Below, piece after piece: positions 1-12,941 of a stretch of 64,000 bases of DNA. The notes beneath the pieces were generated by a model. The model was not told where the DNA came from. It made no database searches and saw only the letters and a program-made list of their open reading frames with translations. Numbering within the stretch: position 1 is the stretch's first letter; every line of letters begins with the position of its first letter. The translations under genes were made by a program, and so were the position numbers. This DNA comes from Takakia lepidozioides (lineage: Eukaryota > Plantae > Bryophyta): the NCBI GenBank assembly GCA_030704615.1, contig CM060731.1, positions 1,240,001 to 1,304,000 on the forward strand. The letters run 5' to 3'.

Positions 1-515
1 ACGAAGTCAGTTCTACCATGACTACGGAGTGATAAGTGCGAAGTCATGGTCGTCAGTGAGGACGTGGCATGGGATAGTGATGCAGGGTTTGGTGATGTAG
101 TCATAACAGAAATAACTACACGACTGTAAGTTATAACTACATCACTACAGCATTGCGCCTACATGGAGAGGCTTGTGCGTGACACGTGGGATCCTTGGGA
201 TTTGACATGTGTGACCATATGGTACAGTGGACTACACGACTACATGACTACATGTCATGACTAACATGATAACTACATTACTACAGAAGTCCGCCTACAT
301 GGATAGTTGTCTGCGTGACACACGTAATCCCTCTGCTATGACACGTGTCCAAATCGTGGGATGGAATATAGTGATGAAGGCGTAATTTTATGACTACATT
401 GTGTGACTACACTGATAACTACATAACTACTCAGTACATCGCTGAGGATGATATGTGACACATTTCCTAAATACATGTATGACTATATTACTATGGGTGT
501 GACTATATCACTACA
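1..515. repeat. Degenerate repetitive TE-like end (GACTAC/ACTACA-rich, ~135-bp internal periodicity), possibly an LTR terminus ending ...ATCACTACA
   Basis: Many (A)TGACTAC/ATAACTAC motifs. cgcctacatgga...gcgtgacac recurs at ~156 and ~292. The block ends in CACTACA (TGTAGTG on the - strand). The other end is outside the window. Confidence 0.35.
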
Positions 516-2796
516 ACACTACAGATGCCACGTGGTCTTGTTGGAGTATGTGTGAATGACGCGGGTCCAAGGTACTTATGCTCGACGCAACCTTGATACT
601 GGCCTCTTCCCATAGGTCCATGCTCTCTTTGATATCAACGAAGGCACCCGTAACCTCAACTTCGCTCAATGGAAGCCCATTGCAAGCAGCCTCAAACCTC
701 CATTCCAAGCTTCGTATTCTTAATCGAACTCTTTTCGCTGGACTTCATTCTTGAAATCATACAAGAATGACATACGAGCAACTTCATGTGAAACTTTCCA
801 CTCTCACCCACATGATTCCAAGTTGCGTCATGTATCAAACGGGGTCAACTCCCCCGGACGTCAGTCTCGCAATAGCTGCTTCTCAACAAGGGAACATCTC
901 TTGATAAGCTACACGCTTCCAATTCCTTGGTCTGCGATGGTCACACCTCCTTCACCAATGTTGTAATACCACCCACACCAAGGATAGAGCTTCCACCAAT
1001 CGTTTCCTCGCACTGGCGATGAATGAAGGTTGATGGAGTCCGCCTGCCAAAGGTTGTGTGGGTCTTCGAGTACGTTGAAGCACAAGCAAGAAAACGATCA
1101 AACAACAGTGAGTGCAGCTGTAACCGTCCAGGGCGGGATGACCTGTGTGGAGAGGAGGCAAGGTGTGGATAGACCAAAGCACCTGAGCTCTTTCCGATAT
1201 GGGCGCCACGTGTGACACACCTGCTTTTTGTGCGGAAGCAACGGACCTCAGTTAGATCAGACGTCGGGTGGCCTCACCCATTTGCGTAATCAAATTGAGA
1301 GGCCCCGCAAGTTTTGGGATTCATTAGTCTCGATTCAGCACACGAGCAGATTCACAGTTGGCAGTATTTGGCCGGAGGTATCATTACTCAATTTGGGGAT
1401 GCATTCTGAAGGTTTAGTTTGTTCGATCACACTCTCCTTGCTTCACAATTGACAGTAATTTCCTGGATTAGAATCCAGGCATCAGGAGGCCGGCATGACA
1501 GGGGTGACCAATGCGCCGAGGAAGATAGGATTAGAGAGGACGTTGATGCCTTTGGCAAGAGTGTGGGTCTTGCACAGATGCTTGCAGAAGCTGAAGATGC
1601 AAATTGCGAGGTAGGACTCAGCCCCAAGCGGTGTTTACGGGTATCTGCAATTTAGGATGAAGCTCCAAGGGAACGTCCTATGGAGGCCCCTTTGGATCAT
1701 TTTGTTCATTCTGTTGTTATTTTGGGGCGGAGAGTTTTTCTCGGGGAGATGCAGGTTGAGCTGGAGCGAAGGAATACTTGTTATGACTAGGGTTTCCCGT
1801 AAGAACCACCCTATCTCTTACTTATTTTGGGGAAGTAGAGTATTAGTCCAACATGATGAGAGGAGCGACAGCGAAGATCAGAGACGCAGTGAGACCCCGG
1901 GTCAGTGCGAGCAGACAAATTCAAACAAGCCAGAAATATCGGGCAACTCTCCTCCCTGTGTTGAAGATCCCTCCACTCTGAGGACTCGTCCCACTGCGTT
2001 CCATCGCGCAGCTAGTTTCTCTCTGCTCGAGCTCCAGATATCTACGGGTCTCTCTAATTCCTCTCTCGATCCCCTTACTCCTGTGGTTTTGGGACTTTTG
2101 GACATCAACGGAGGGCTCACCAACAACTTCCTTGTTCCAGGAGATGAAGATGACGATCTTTTACTTGTGGTTGGTGCCCATCTCACACCATTATGATTAT
2201 GTAATCCAGTCATGACCCCCTTGTAGGGTGGAATAGCTACATCACGTTGACACATGGCAAAAAGGCCTTCTGGATGCAATCTGGAAGGTCAGAATCTACT
2301 TCATTTGGAAATGAAAGTTCCACTACTGGGGTAACAGTGACCCCAGCAGTGCTCCCTTTCCCGGCTTACCTCCTCCCCTGGTGCATGGTCTGTGGCTATA
2401 ATGCTCTGACGACTAATGTGTCTCTTCCTGTACTTAAAACTCCAAGTAAGTAGTCTTTGAACAGCTTGTGAAGTGTTTGGACTGGTAGGTCGGTATTGGC
2501 GCAGGAGTCTAATTGTAGATAGCTTGTAATCATAAAATGGAGCTGATGGTAGACAAGCTCTATAAGATTAACCTACTCAAAAGCCCATTGCATCGTAAGT
2601 ATTGAAAGCTGAAGTACAGAAGTACTGAAGCAATACGAAAGCTGGTCTATACTGCTCTTTGTGGCCTCAATGTTTCACAGATGACCTCGTGGCACTTCAT
2701 TCCTTGGTAGGCAAATGTTGTAGGTTTTAGATCCAGCTTTATCTGTAGAATTTGTTTCCATCTGAATGTGCATTGATTATTGGTTTCAATCTGCAG

Positions 2797-5700
2797 GAAG
2801 TTGGAGATGAAAGTACAAATTCAGTAGGAGAAAGGAAGAAATCAGCGAGTAAAGGGACGAATGTAAAGACATACAAATTTGATGTTTGCCCCCCAAGGAT
2901 GAAGGAGTATATCCCGTGTCTTGATAACGCAGCTGCAATAAACAAGCTGAACTCGACGAGTCGAGGAGAGAAATGGGAAAGGCATTGCCCATCTCGGAAA
3001 TCAAGGCGTATGTGCTGTTTGATAGCGGCTCCAGTGGATTATAGATTCCCGATCCGATGGCCCAAGAGCCGTGATGAGGTAGGTGGTTCTTCCTATCTTT
3101 GTCTTTCTCTCTCACAAGCCCCGGCCTAAGATAATGTCCTTTGGAGAGTGCTCTCCTCCATACTCGTAGCACTTGAGGGACTTCGGACACCAGAATCACT
3201 GGATACTGCTCGAATGGCTGTGGATATGTGAGAGGTACATCAAGATGGTTACTACAGGCAAATGTGACTGTGTACTGATTAGGAGTAGTAAAGGTGACAA
3301 ATCATACATCAGGTTCTCCCACTTGTTTGAAGTTAATTTGACTTGATTTCCTCTTAAATACTATTTAGGTCTGAAAGTTATTTTTCTTGGGTCTCACAAG
3401 GTTTTCAGTCCAAGTTTTCCCTGGATTTCTGTAGGAGATAAAAGCATTTGAAAATCCTCATGGTTAGGTTGGGCTTACAGGTATGGTACAGCAATGTGCC
3501 GCACCCACAATTAGCAGAAGACAAGGGAGGACAGAACTGGATGAGAATTGAGAAAGACAAGTTCACGTTTCCCGGGGGTGGCACGCAGTTTGCTCATGGA
3601 GCTGACCAATACCTGGAACAAATTGCCAAAGTGAGCTGACCAATACCCCAATCAAAACCTAGGGTGGATTGCATTTGTTTTCAAGAAACCTTGTCTTCAT
3701 TGATTTGAAAGATGTGGTGTATCCAGGTACCTTGTAATAGTGCCCAGCTGTAGGGTCATCCCATCCCTTACTCATGTTACAGAAGTGTGTATTGTAATGG
3801 AGCCCTCTTCTTAGGAAATCTTATATTCGTCACCTCCAAGGAACCTAATGAATGAATCCATTCTATTTCCTTACCCAGGTTGCTTCATTGTTCACACTAC
3901 CGATGGATGTTGTATCTGGTGCGAGTCAGGTCTAACATTTGTTCTTGCAAAATTTCTTCTTTTGTGGCCTTGGAGTATCGCATCCTAGTTCAGTTTTATT
4001 GATTCCCTTTCAAATACAACTCGGGGAATCATTCTGCACTAACTTCAATATAATATATGTCAGGGAGCCTTGGAGTGCTTCCTGGCTGGTTTTTACAGTC
4101 AGTGATCATTCCTTCGTCCCTTACTAGTTTTCTCATGCACACTGCATGCCTAGTGCAGATGTGGCCAGCCATATCATTTGGTGTGCATACGCGTGTGGTC
4201 CTCGACATTGGGTGCGGGGTAGCGAGCTTTGGGGCCTATCTCTTGGCCCACAATGTGCTCACTCTCTCCATCGCTCCCAAGGATGGCCATGAAAACCAGA
4301 TTCAGTTTGCACTGGAGCGAGGATTGCCAGCCACGGTCGCTGGTTTGGCCACACACCGCCTTCTGTATCCGAGCCAAGCATTTGATCTTATTCACTGTTC
4401 TCGCTGTCGCATTGAGTGGACACGTGATGGTACTGACTTATTCTACTTTCCAGTATCTTGTTATTGATTAACTCAGTGGGTACATGTGTGCTGCTCCAGT
4501 CGCTTTAGGAGCTGATATCTTGGCATGGACATTTTCCATTGAAGGCATGTGTCCTGCTCTCCTCCTCCTTCCATGTTGGACTCTGAACAGTGACGGACAA
4601 GGATGGCTGCAACAAGGATGCACATCTTGTGACCACATGAGAAGGATTCCTCTAAAAGATAGGGTCAAATAAATTGCACTTAGACTACATACCCAATCAA
4701 AATTGGAAAATGTTGTGAAGAAGTCTTAGAAGGAAGTATGCATGTACGCTCGACTTTGCTGTGGCATGTATGACTCTGCAACGTTAGTACCCAGCAGCTT
4801 TAATCTTCAATAGAAAGTCGTCCACAACCTAATGCTCTCTGTTTTTGTCTTGTAGTGGAACAAGCAAGCTAGTGAAACGTTGTTAACTGGAATTTTATCT
4901 GCATTGTTCTCATCGCCTGATGGAATGTTGTAAAATGCAGGTGGTGTGCTGCTGTTAGAGGTGGATCGCTTACTGAGAGCGGGTGCATACTTTGTATGGT
5001 CAGCCCAGCCCGTGTACAAGCATGAACCTGAGCAACAAAAAGTTTGGGAAGGTATTTTTCCCTTTTTCATTCTGTTTATCTCAGTTTGGAAATCCACAGT
5101 TGGTCTCATAGGCCCTTGGGGCTTCTAGTGAATGCAGCAAATTTTCTGTCATTTATTGTAGTTTCAACTTGGGGGTGAGGAAAAGGGAAACACTTCAAAC
5201 AACCTTTGTAAGCCAAAAACTTTATCAGACCGTTGGTAAGCCAAGGAATATGTCTATGGCCACAAGGCTCTGGCAAGCATACTGTCGGGAGTAACTCGTG
5301 TCTCTCTGTCTCTCTCTCTCTCTCTCGCCAGATGATTGTCCTTCCTACCTATCTACTGAGTTCTCACCATCCCTCACCCGACTTAGGAGACTTCAGAGGC
5401 ATTTGAGATGCATCTAAACCTTATGGGGAGCAAGGAGAATCACTCATCATCTTGAAGCTCACACCCCCCTTTATCGAGACACAAAGAGCCCGAGTATGCA
5501 GAGTATGGCATTCATATAAAGAGCCCAAGTTTTAGCCAATATGCTGGACTTATTGAGGGATCCTTCTACTAGGGTTTCTGACCTTTTGTTTGGTTCATCT
5601 TTTAATAGCAAAATACAATGAAAAAGAAGAAAATTGATGACTACTTGTAGCTTCATTTCAAAACTTCTCCCTACATTTTCTACCCTGCAGAGATGGATGA

Positions 5701-8326
5701 CCTGGCAAAACGCATATGCTGGGAATTGGTTGCTAAAGAAGGACAAATTGCGATCTGGCGCAAACCTATGGAGAATGGCTGTTATCACAGCCGCTCAGCC
5801 GATAGTGTCCCTGCCCTTTGTGATGAGACTGACGACCCTGACATCGTCTGGTAATATCCTTCACCCTTACTCTTTGGCTCCTTCTCCCCTTTCTGCAATG
5901 CTGTGTGCACCACTGTGGGGAGGTTCAAGACGTATCTAAAATCTTGGATCCTCCTTGGGTGTGACCTTTTTGCGTTCAATGATATGAAAAAAATATAGAT
6001 GCCTCCCGAAGGGAGCGTAAATTATGGTGTCTCTTCACCACAAGGGCTACTGCCTTCATGACACACCAGACCGTGGTTTGAACCCACAACCACATCCAAC
6101 GTGGTATGTGCCCATACCACTGGGCTACATGCTGGTTGTCTTCAATGGTATAGATCTTGATGGAGAGAATAAATTTCATGCTTAAAGACTAACCCTGTCG
6201 TCGAGCAGTCATGGTGCCCACCATTCTGCTCCTCTCCTCTTTCTCCTCATCCCTTCTCCACCTTATACGTCCAAAGAAGAAGTGGATCACACGCTACACA
6301 TGGAAATTTCGAATAAATCAGCACTACATCACAAAACATAGGCATCCACAGAACCTATAAATACTCCATTATGGAGCAGATTCCTTGTACTTGGCTCTCC
6401 AGTTCACAGGTCCAGCGACTGCTTACCTCTCAACAATAAGATTTAATCTGGACATGTATAGAGTAACTAAGCTTGATTTCATGGCTCAGCTTCCTGGGCT
6501 CTTTGTAACACAAGAGCCAGCAGCCTGTTGTGAAGCTCTTCCATTTACCTGCCAAACATGGGAAGGCTTCAACAGATAGAAAGGAGTCAACATTGACAGG
6601 GAATGAAAATATTGTAGGTACCTGCAAACAATGAGTTAACTCCGAGGTTTTGTGTGGTCTTCTTTAGCTTAGTGGAAGCCATGGAGATGGTCACAACAAA
6701 GAATTACAAAGAAAATGCACGGATATTCCCAAATAGATGATAGACTGGTCAATATATTAGAATACAGCTGTTTCTGTATCTCTGAGTAACTAGGTTTGGG
6801 GTATAACAGGTACGTTCCACTGAAATCCTGCATCAGTTTGCTGCCAGAAAGGGGGTTTGGGAGTAAGGTCTCGTCGTGGCCTGCAAGGCTGTCGGTGCCG
6901 CCCTCAAGGCTCCAAGGAATACTACTTGATTCAGGGATGGCATGGCAACAAGTATTCAAATCAGAACAGCGATACTGGCACGTAATAGTAAAGGGCTATC
7001 TTCGTGGCCTTGGGCTCAAGAAGGAAGACATGCGGAATGTCATGGATATGCGGGCTGGATATGGAGGGTACTTTCTTGGCCATGGAATTTGTTGCCTCCT
7101 GTGGGCTTCAAGCAGCAGAAGGGAGGGAGGGAGAGACTGCTTGGTTTATCATTAACAAATATACAGACACATTAAGTCTTTCCAAGTAGAGATCAAGCCA
7201 GAGACAGAGAGAGCCCTCAAAGTATACAAGTCTCTGTTTCTAATTGGTATTGACTCTGTTTGCAGGTTTGCGACTGCATTGGTGAATGAGCAAGTGGAGT
7301 GGTGGGTCATGAATGTTGTGCCAATCAGTGGGCCAAACACACTACCTATAATCTATGATCGGGGCCTCATTGGAGTTGCACATGATTGGCAAGTTCTGCC
7401 CTGCACTTCCTCTCAAGTTGGTGTATTGATCTTTCTGTCGACTTCCTCTCCTGCTCCCCACTTTTCTCTCTGCCTGTAACCCATCCTCTTTGCCTCCTAC
7501 TTCTTCTTCCCTCTCAGTGGCGAATGATGGTGCAGTCACATGTTCAGGTTCCCTAAACAACCATTCATGCAGCTGATGTGCCATGTTCTGGTTATGCGGT
7601 GGTGCAGGTGTGAGCCCTTTGATACTTACCCACGGACATATGATCTGTTGCATGCTGTTGGTGTATTCACTGCGGAGGAGAAGAGGTACTTTATCTTGTT
7701 TGAACCCCAGGATGCCAGTATCTTCATCAGTGGTAAAATATACCAGGGTAATAGTATGCAGAAACTGGCTGATGTAGCTTTGTTGCCAAGGACCTATACC
7801 TGGTTTGCCTGTAGGTGGACATTGGGGTTTGTTCGGGGTAGGTTGAATGAGAGGACAGCAGAGTATTACTGCTGAATGCTCATTCCCTCTCTGTGCCTTT
7901 GTTAAGAAAGGAAGTTTTGACCCTCCATCTGCCACAGATTTGACAGATATGGCTGCAAGGAGGCATGTTTGAGAGAAGGTAGGGAAGTAGTACAGAATGT
8001 TTATGTATGGGGGAAAGACACCCTTTCAGAAATTTCAGGCTATTGTAGATAAACAACTTCAAGAATATATCTTGTGGGAAAGGAAAATTGGATCTCTTTG
8101 TGTTTTGTGTGTGTGTAGGTGCAACATAGCTCATGTGGTGCTGGAGATGGATCGCATACTTCGCCCAGGGGGCTGGGTGCTGGTGCGGGAGACGACAGCT
8201 ATGGTAGCTCGGGTGGAGGCCTTAGCCAAGTCGGTTCGATGGAAGACACGCATCTTGGAGACAGAGAGTGGACCTTTTGGCAAAGATAAACTGCTCTCTT
8301 GCCAAAAACAGCTGTGGCATCATTAA
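2797..8326 (+). CDS. Putative SAM-dependent methyltransferase, PMT/DUF248 (Methyltransf_29) family; 5' exon(s) not located. Exons approx 2797-3078, 3481-3630, 4159-4429, 4941-5051, 5691-5850, 6810-7067, 7266-7388, 7608-7685, 8119-8326
   Basis: Family motifs [104 protein letters not shown]. They join in frame across GT-AG introns and one GC-AG intron. Confidence 0.93.
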
Positions 8327-8901
8327 TGTTGCCTTGTTAGATGTTGACATTAATTGGTAGGGACCATAGAATTTGTTGTGTGTTGGCACCAGATTATTGC
8401 CTCACTGTGCTCCATATTGGGGCAGCATAGATTTTGCGCATTAAAACAACTACCCATCCAAACAAGGGCAGGTTCTGCTTTAGATCATAAATTAGAAAGT
8501 TTTTGCTAATCAACCAAATAAAATCTTAACTTGAAAGACTCCAATTTAGTGTCAAAATGCAGGAGAGAACTTCTTAGCATGAAAGAAGAGAAATGAAATC
8601 TTCACCTGTGACTCAACTGCTTCTGAATCAGAAACCAAGAAATCAAGAAACCATGATTCTGCACAAAGGGACTTCCAGCTGTCTCTTGTTGCAACAGTGT
8701 TATGGAGAAGGCTGTTAATTTTAGACAACCGCTCTTCTCCACATCACTAATTCTGTTACAACAATTGGAAGACATAGATGGAGGACTCCATTTTGAGTTG
8801 AGATCATTGCAGTCCAGCTGAGGACCATGAGCCTGCATCCGACTAAGACAAGGCATGCAATGTTACAACCTCCAATCTGTAATCAATGCGGTATGTGTTG
8901 G

Positions 8902-9060
8902 GGAAGGAAAGCCGCCATGGGCATTGTGAATCCAAAATATGTCCTGAGAAATCAGCTTTGCCTAAATGCAGTTGATGCAGAAGAGCAAGAAGATTTTACT
9001 GAAGTACGCTGGTGATGGAGCTAGACAAGGCTGCTTGGGCCACTGCCCAGGGGTCATGTG
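8902..9060 (+). pseudogene. Relic of a SELO/UPF0061 last exon
   Basis: [35 protein letters not shown] matches [35 protein letters not shown] of the intact gene at 47820-48074. Downstream gcttgggcccactgcccaggggtc matches gcttgggcctatcgcccaggggtt after an internal deletion. Confidence 0.85.
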
Positions 9061-9519
9061 TTTCCCTGAGAGCTGGCCTACATGGGTTATGAGTTTCTTC
9101 AGATTTAGAGTTTACTCTCCAAAGATGCACTTAGAGAGGACATTCTTTGGGCTTTCGGCACCTTCTTTTATTTGACCTTATTGAGGTTTCTCCCTTGTAT
9201 ATTCTAGTGTCAAGTTTTTTGCAACTGGGAGCATGTAGATTCATGTTTGGTGCTCAACTCCTGTTGTTTTCCACTCTTGTCATTGGCATTGTTTGGTCCG
9301 TGACTGGATCAATGACCTCCCTAGTTATCATTCCTGACGTGACGTGGCGCTGACACGTCGGCCGTCACGTCACGTCACATCGAATCCGGACGTTTATCCA
9401 CGTAATTTTTTTTACATTTGACTTTTACGATTTACTTCTATCATTTGTAATGACATGACAGCCACGGTGTAAAACAGACATGGCCGATTATTAATATTTA
9501 TTAATTCTTTAAAAAAAAT

Positions 9520-10010
9520 GAGTCCGCCTATATTGGCGGTCGCATATAATTTATTATTTTTAATAAAAGCGACCGCCCATATTGGCGGTCGTTTGTAATT
9601 TAATATTTTGTTAAATTAAACTGGCGGTCGCCGGTAATTTATTTATTTTTAAATGAAGCGACCGACCATATTGGCGGTCGCCCGTAATTTGTTAAAAAAA
9701 AAAAAGAAACGACCGCCGAAATTGGCGGTCGCCCGTAATTTATTTATTTATAAATGAAGCGACCGCCGATATTGGCGGTCGTCGGTAATTTATTTATTTA
9801 TAAATGAAGCGACCGCCCAAATTGGCGGTCGCCCGTAATTTATTTATTTATAAATGAAGCGACCGCCCATATTTGCGGCCGCCCGTAATTTATTTATTTT
9901 TAAATGAAGCGACCGCCCATATTGGCGGTCGCCCGCAATTTATTTATTTTTAAATGAAGCGACCGCCCATCGCTTGTATTTTATTACATTTTAAAATAAG
10001 CGGTCGCGTA
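9520..10010. repeat. Left array: ~10 units of GCGACCGCC-catatt-GGCGGTCGC plus AT-rich linker, 50-bp period
   Basis: Units start at about 9569, 9658, 9710, 9759, 9809, 9859, 9909 and 9959, plus partial copies. Confidence 0.95.
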
Positions 10011-10303
10011 TTTTTTTTTTTCTTAAAAATCCAGGGACCCGCCGTGTGACGTTTTGTTTTTTATTTTTAATCATGAAGCGGCGCCTCGGTCAGCCACGTG
10101 GCGAGGTGCCACGGGTCAGGAAAAATGAAACAAATGGGATGGGGGGAGGTGGTTTTGAACCCTTGACCTCTCCCAAGTGGGTGCGCGTGGCGAGGTGCGA
10201 CTGGCTAGTCGCGCCGTGCTGACACATGGTGAGGCGTCACTAGCCTGTCGCGCCTTTTCAAGCATAATGTCTTTTTTTTGGGGGGGGGGGGGGTGGGTGG
10301 ATG

Positions 10304-10315
10304 CCTATATAAACC
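10304..10315 (+). promoter_or_regulatory. TATA box candidate (cctatataaacc) for the kinase gene
   Basis: Canonical plant TATA context, preceded by a G-run and followed by a pyrimidine-rich stretch, ~310 bp upstream of ATG 10625. Confidence 0.45.
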
Positions 10316-10624
10316 ATTCCCCCCTCCTTTTCTGATCACTTTTGCCCCTCTTGTGGTGTGATTCCTTGGCATCCTGTAGTCCTTTCGGACTTCGTTGCTT
10401 GGCACTGCCAACGGGAGGTGCAAAGGTGATTATTTGGGGGGGAGGTTTTGTCAGTTTTCTATTGGTCAGTCCCACACACTTGTACAATCATTGTATCACC
10501 ATTTTGTCGTTTCCGGATCTCCGGCGGCCTGTTTTTTTGCAGAAAACTACGAAGACACCATCCACACGCGTTCATTGCCATTTTTCTGAGGTTTTGGACC
10601 CTGTAGTGGGCAAAGGTTTATACA

Positions 10625-12073
10625 ATGTCGGGGGTTGTGAATTGAAGTTCTGGGGCGGGATCGTCTGGGGGGCGGAGGAAGAGAAAACGTGCCCACGAGC
10701 GGGATAGCCAGGTCAACAAGCCAGACTACCCGGGACCGGATGCCTTGGATAGGGTGAAAGAAGTGGTAGCGGATTATTTCAAGGGTAGGGACATGATGAG
10801 GCTGGAGAGTGCTTATGTTAGGCATGGATGAGAGGGGTTTCAGATTTTCCAGCAAAATATGGAGATGAAAATGACAAACGTTTTGGCGGGGGCTAAATGG
10901 ACAGGGACAAGCCGAAGTTCAATCGGTGGATCCAAAGCAGGGCGAAACACGCCACGTGGAATTTGAGGCAGCTAATGAAGACATGGAAGGTTAAAAAACC
11001 GAGGGTCAAGTGCCCTCCGCCGAAGCCGAGTTAATGCGGCGTGTTGAGTATTGGGCTTGCTCGGCAAGTCAGAATTCACATCGCCGGACTAGGGTTGTTC
11101 CTTGGAAGGCAGGGTCATCAGGCGAGGGAGGCACAACTGGTCTTTATTACCTGAACTCTAGTGCGAAGATGGTAGAGATTGGCCCTTACAAAGAAGGAGG
11201 GTATGCTAAGGTCCGTCACTGTAGGATTGTTGGCAATTCTAGAATACCGGAGCGTTGGGAGCTAGCGGGAAAAAAACCCAAGTCCAAAAATCCAGAAAAG
11301 GCGTTGAGACAACATAACGACGAGTGTTTGACAGTGAAGTTCCAGCATCCGGGTGTTATCTCGTATTTTGCTGTGAATGCACGTGAGGTAGAGGGTTACA
11401 CTCGCTGGTGGAATGGGGGGACAATATGCGACATGATGAACCTTGACAGAAAATGAGGCAACGATTCGGACAACAGGGTGATTTTGGAACAAAGGGGAAC
11501 GGAAGCAGAGTTCCAGGAATGCGATTGCTTGCTTCGTTTTCGGAAAGTGCGCAGTAAACTTGCATGGGCACTGGTGTGCATCATGAATGTTGTCCACAAG
11601 AACGGTGTCCTGCACAACGACTTGTCCCCCGACAACATCTTGTTGCATTTTCCAGATGGCACCGAGGAGATCAAGATTGGGGTGTGTGATTGGGGCTTAG
11701 TCACCCCATTGGGCATACGCAAAGCCTCGCCGTACCAGTTTGAAAACCAAGACAAGCTGGACCGGGAACTCGTGAAAAGATGGTGGGTGGAAAAAGATAT
11801 TGCATCGGTTTTCAATGCGAATGCCACCCCCCCCAGGACATGACGTCGGAGGCCTTTGCTGTTGGGAAGATAGCAGTACGAATAAATGACGGCGTTCATT
11901 ATGATCAAAGTATGTTCCAGGACCAATTTACGGGAGGTTGTTGGCATTCAATGCTACAAAGGTTGTACGACAACAACAAGAATGAGATAGTCACATTAGT
12001 TCATGTAGTACTTCGGTTCATAGGCAAGCCATTCAATTGGCCTGAGCCGAAAGACGTATATAGGACGGAGTAG
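10625..12073 (+). pseudogene. Intronless protein kinase pseudogene with N-terminal NLS-like motif
   Basis: Reconstructed as MSGVVN*SSGAGSSGGRRKRKRAH..., then GPYKEGGYAKV (G-loop), LAGKK, HPGVISYF, VLHNDLSPDNILLHF (catalytic loop), IGVCDWGL (DFG equivalent), SEAFAVGKI. At least 3 in-frame TGA and ~3 frameshifts, one in the C-run at ~11826. Confidence 0.85.
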
Positions 12074-12154
12074 ACCATAGTCTCGTAGATATGACATTTC
12101 TGGCGGTACAATGGTTCTTTTATGAAAACATAACTCAATTTTGATCGTACATAT

Positions 12155-12690
12155 AATAAATAAAGTCCCATTGTAAATACTACATTGCATATGCTCGACC
12201 CTGGCACCTGTCATCGCAACATAAATGGTTTGTGTACTGGCTCACTGTTTATATTTGTAATGTTCCAAGGTTTCGGATAGGGTTATGAGAAAACGATGTA
12301 TTAGTTCCGTATGAGTTAGACAACAAACGTCTACTTTCATTCAACTGTGCGACACTACCATGAGAGGTATGGATCGGAAAGTAATAGGTGCACATGCGAC
12401 CTCCGAACGTTTGATACTAAGTCTCTACTTAAACGTGCGGAGGTCGCATGTACACCTATTACTTTTTTTTATCCATGTCACTCATGGTAGTATCGCACAG
12501 TTGAATGAGATATGGAACGTTTGTTGTCCAACTCCTATGGATCCAATATATCATTTTCTCAGTACCCTGTCAGAAACATTGAAACATTCGCAGTTACAAA
12601 CAGTGCCACAATACACGGCCGGTTTTGTTGAAATGACATTTGTGAGGTTCGAGCGTATGCAATTTATTATTTACAACGGAATTTTATTTA
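12155..12690. repeat. Long imperfect palindrome P1 (arms ~265 bp, centre ~12421)
   Basis: Core gtaataggtgcacatgcgacctccgaacgttt / aaacgtgcggaggtcgcatgtacacctattac. The outer arms also align, e.g. ttcattcaactgtgcgacactaccatgag vs ctcatggtagtatcgcacagttgaatgag. Confidence 0.9.
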
Positions 12691-12763
12691 CTCGGGGGAT
12701 CGGTACTGCCGTTGGAGCGCAACTGATGGTGCGAGTTCTCTATTGATTGGAGCTGTCACAACC

Positions 12764-12941
12764 AATGTTAATATTCTCCACCTGGAACAGATCCACATAT
12801 GTGTGCAGAAATCCTTAAAAAACAAATGACCATCTCAACTTTTATAAGCCTCATCCCCAGCTTCCAGTTTTGATGGTCATTTGGTTTTTTAAGTTATATA
12901 CGCATGTGTGGATATGTTCCAGATGAAAGATATTAACATTG
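12764..12941. repeat. Palindrome P2 (arms ~77 bp, centre ~12853)
   Basis: caatgttaatattctccacctggaacagatccaca...aaatgaccatc pairs with gatggtcatttg...tgtggatatgttccagatgaaagatattaacattg. Confidence 0.9.

Noticed and set aside
509-520. CACTA transposon start (CACTACAA)
   Set aside because: The repeats lie on the wrong side, and I found no matching TAGTG end with a 3-bp TSD.
10280-10300. G-quadruplex-like G-run before the TATA box
   Set aside because: Essentially a homopolymer of unreliable length; function cannot be supported from sequence.
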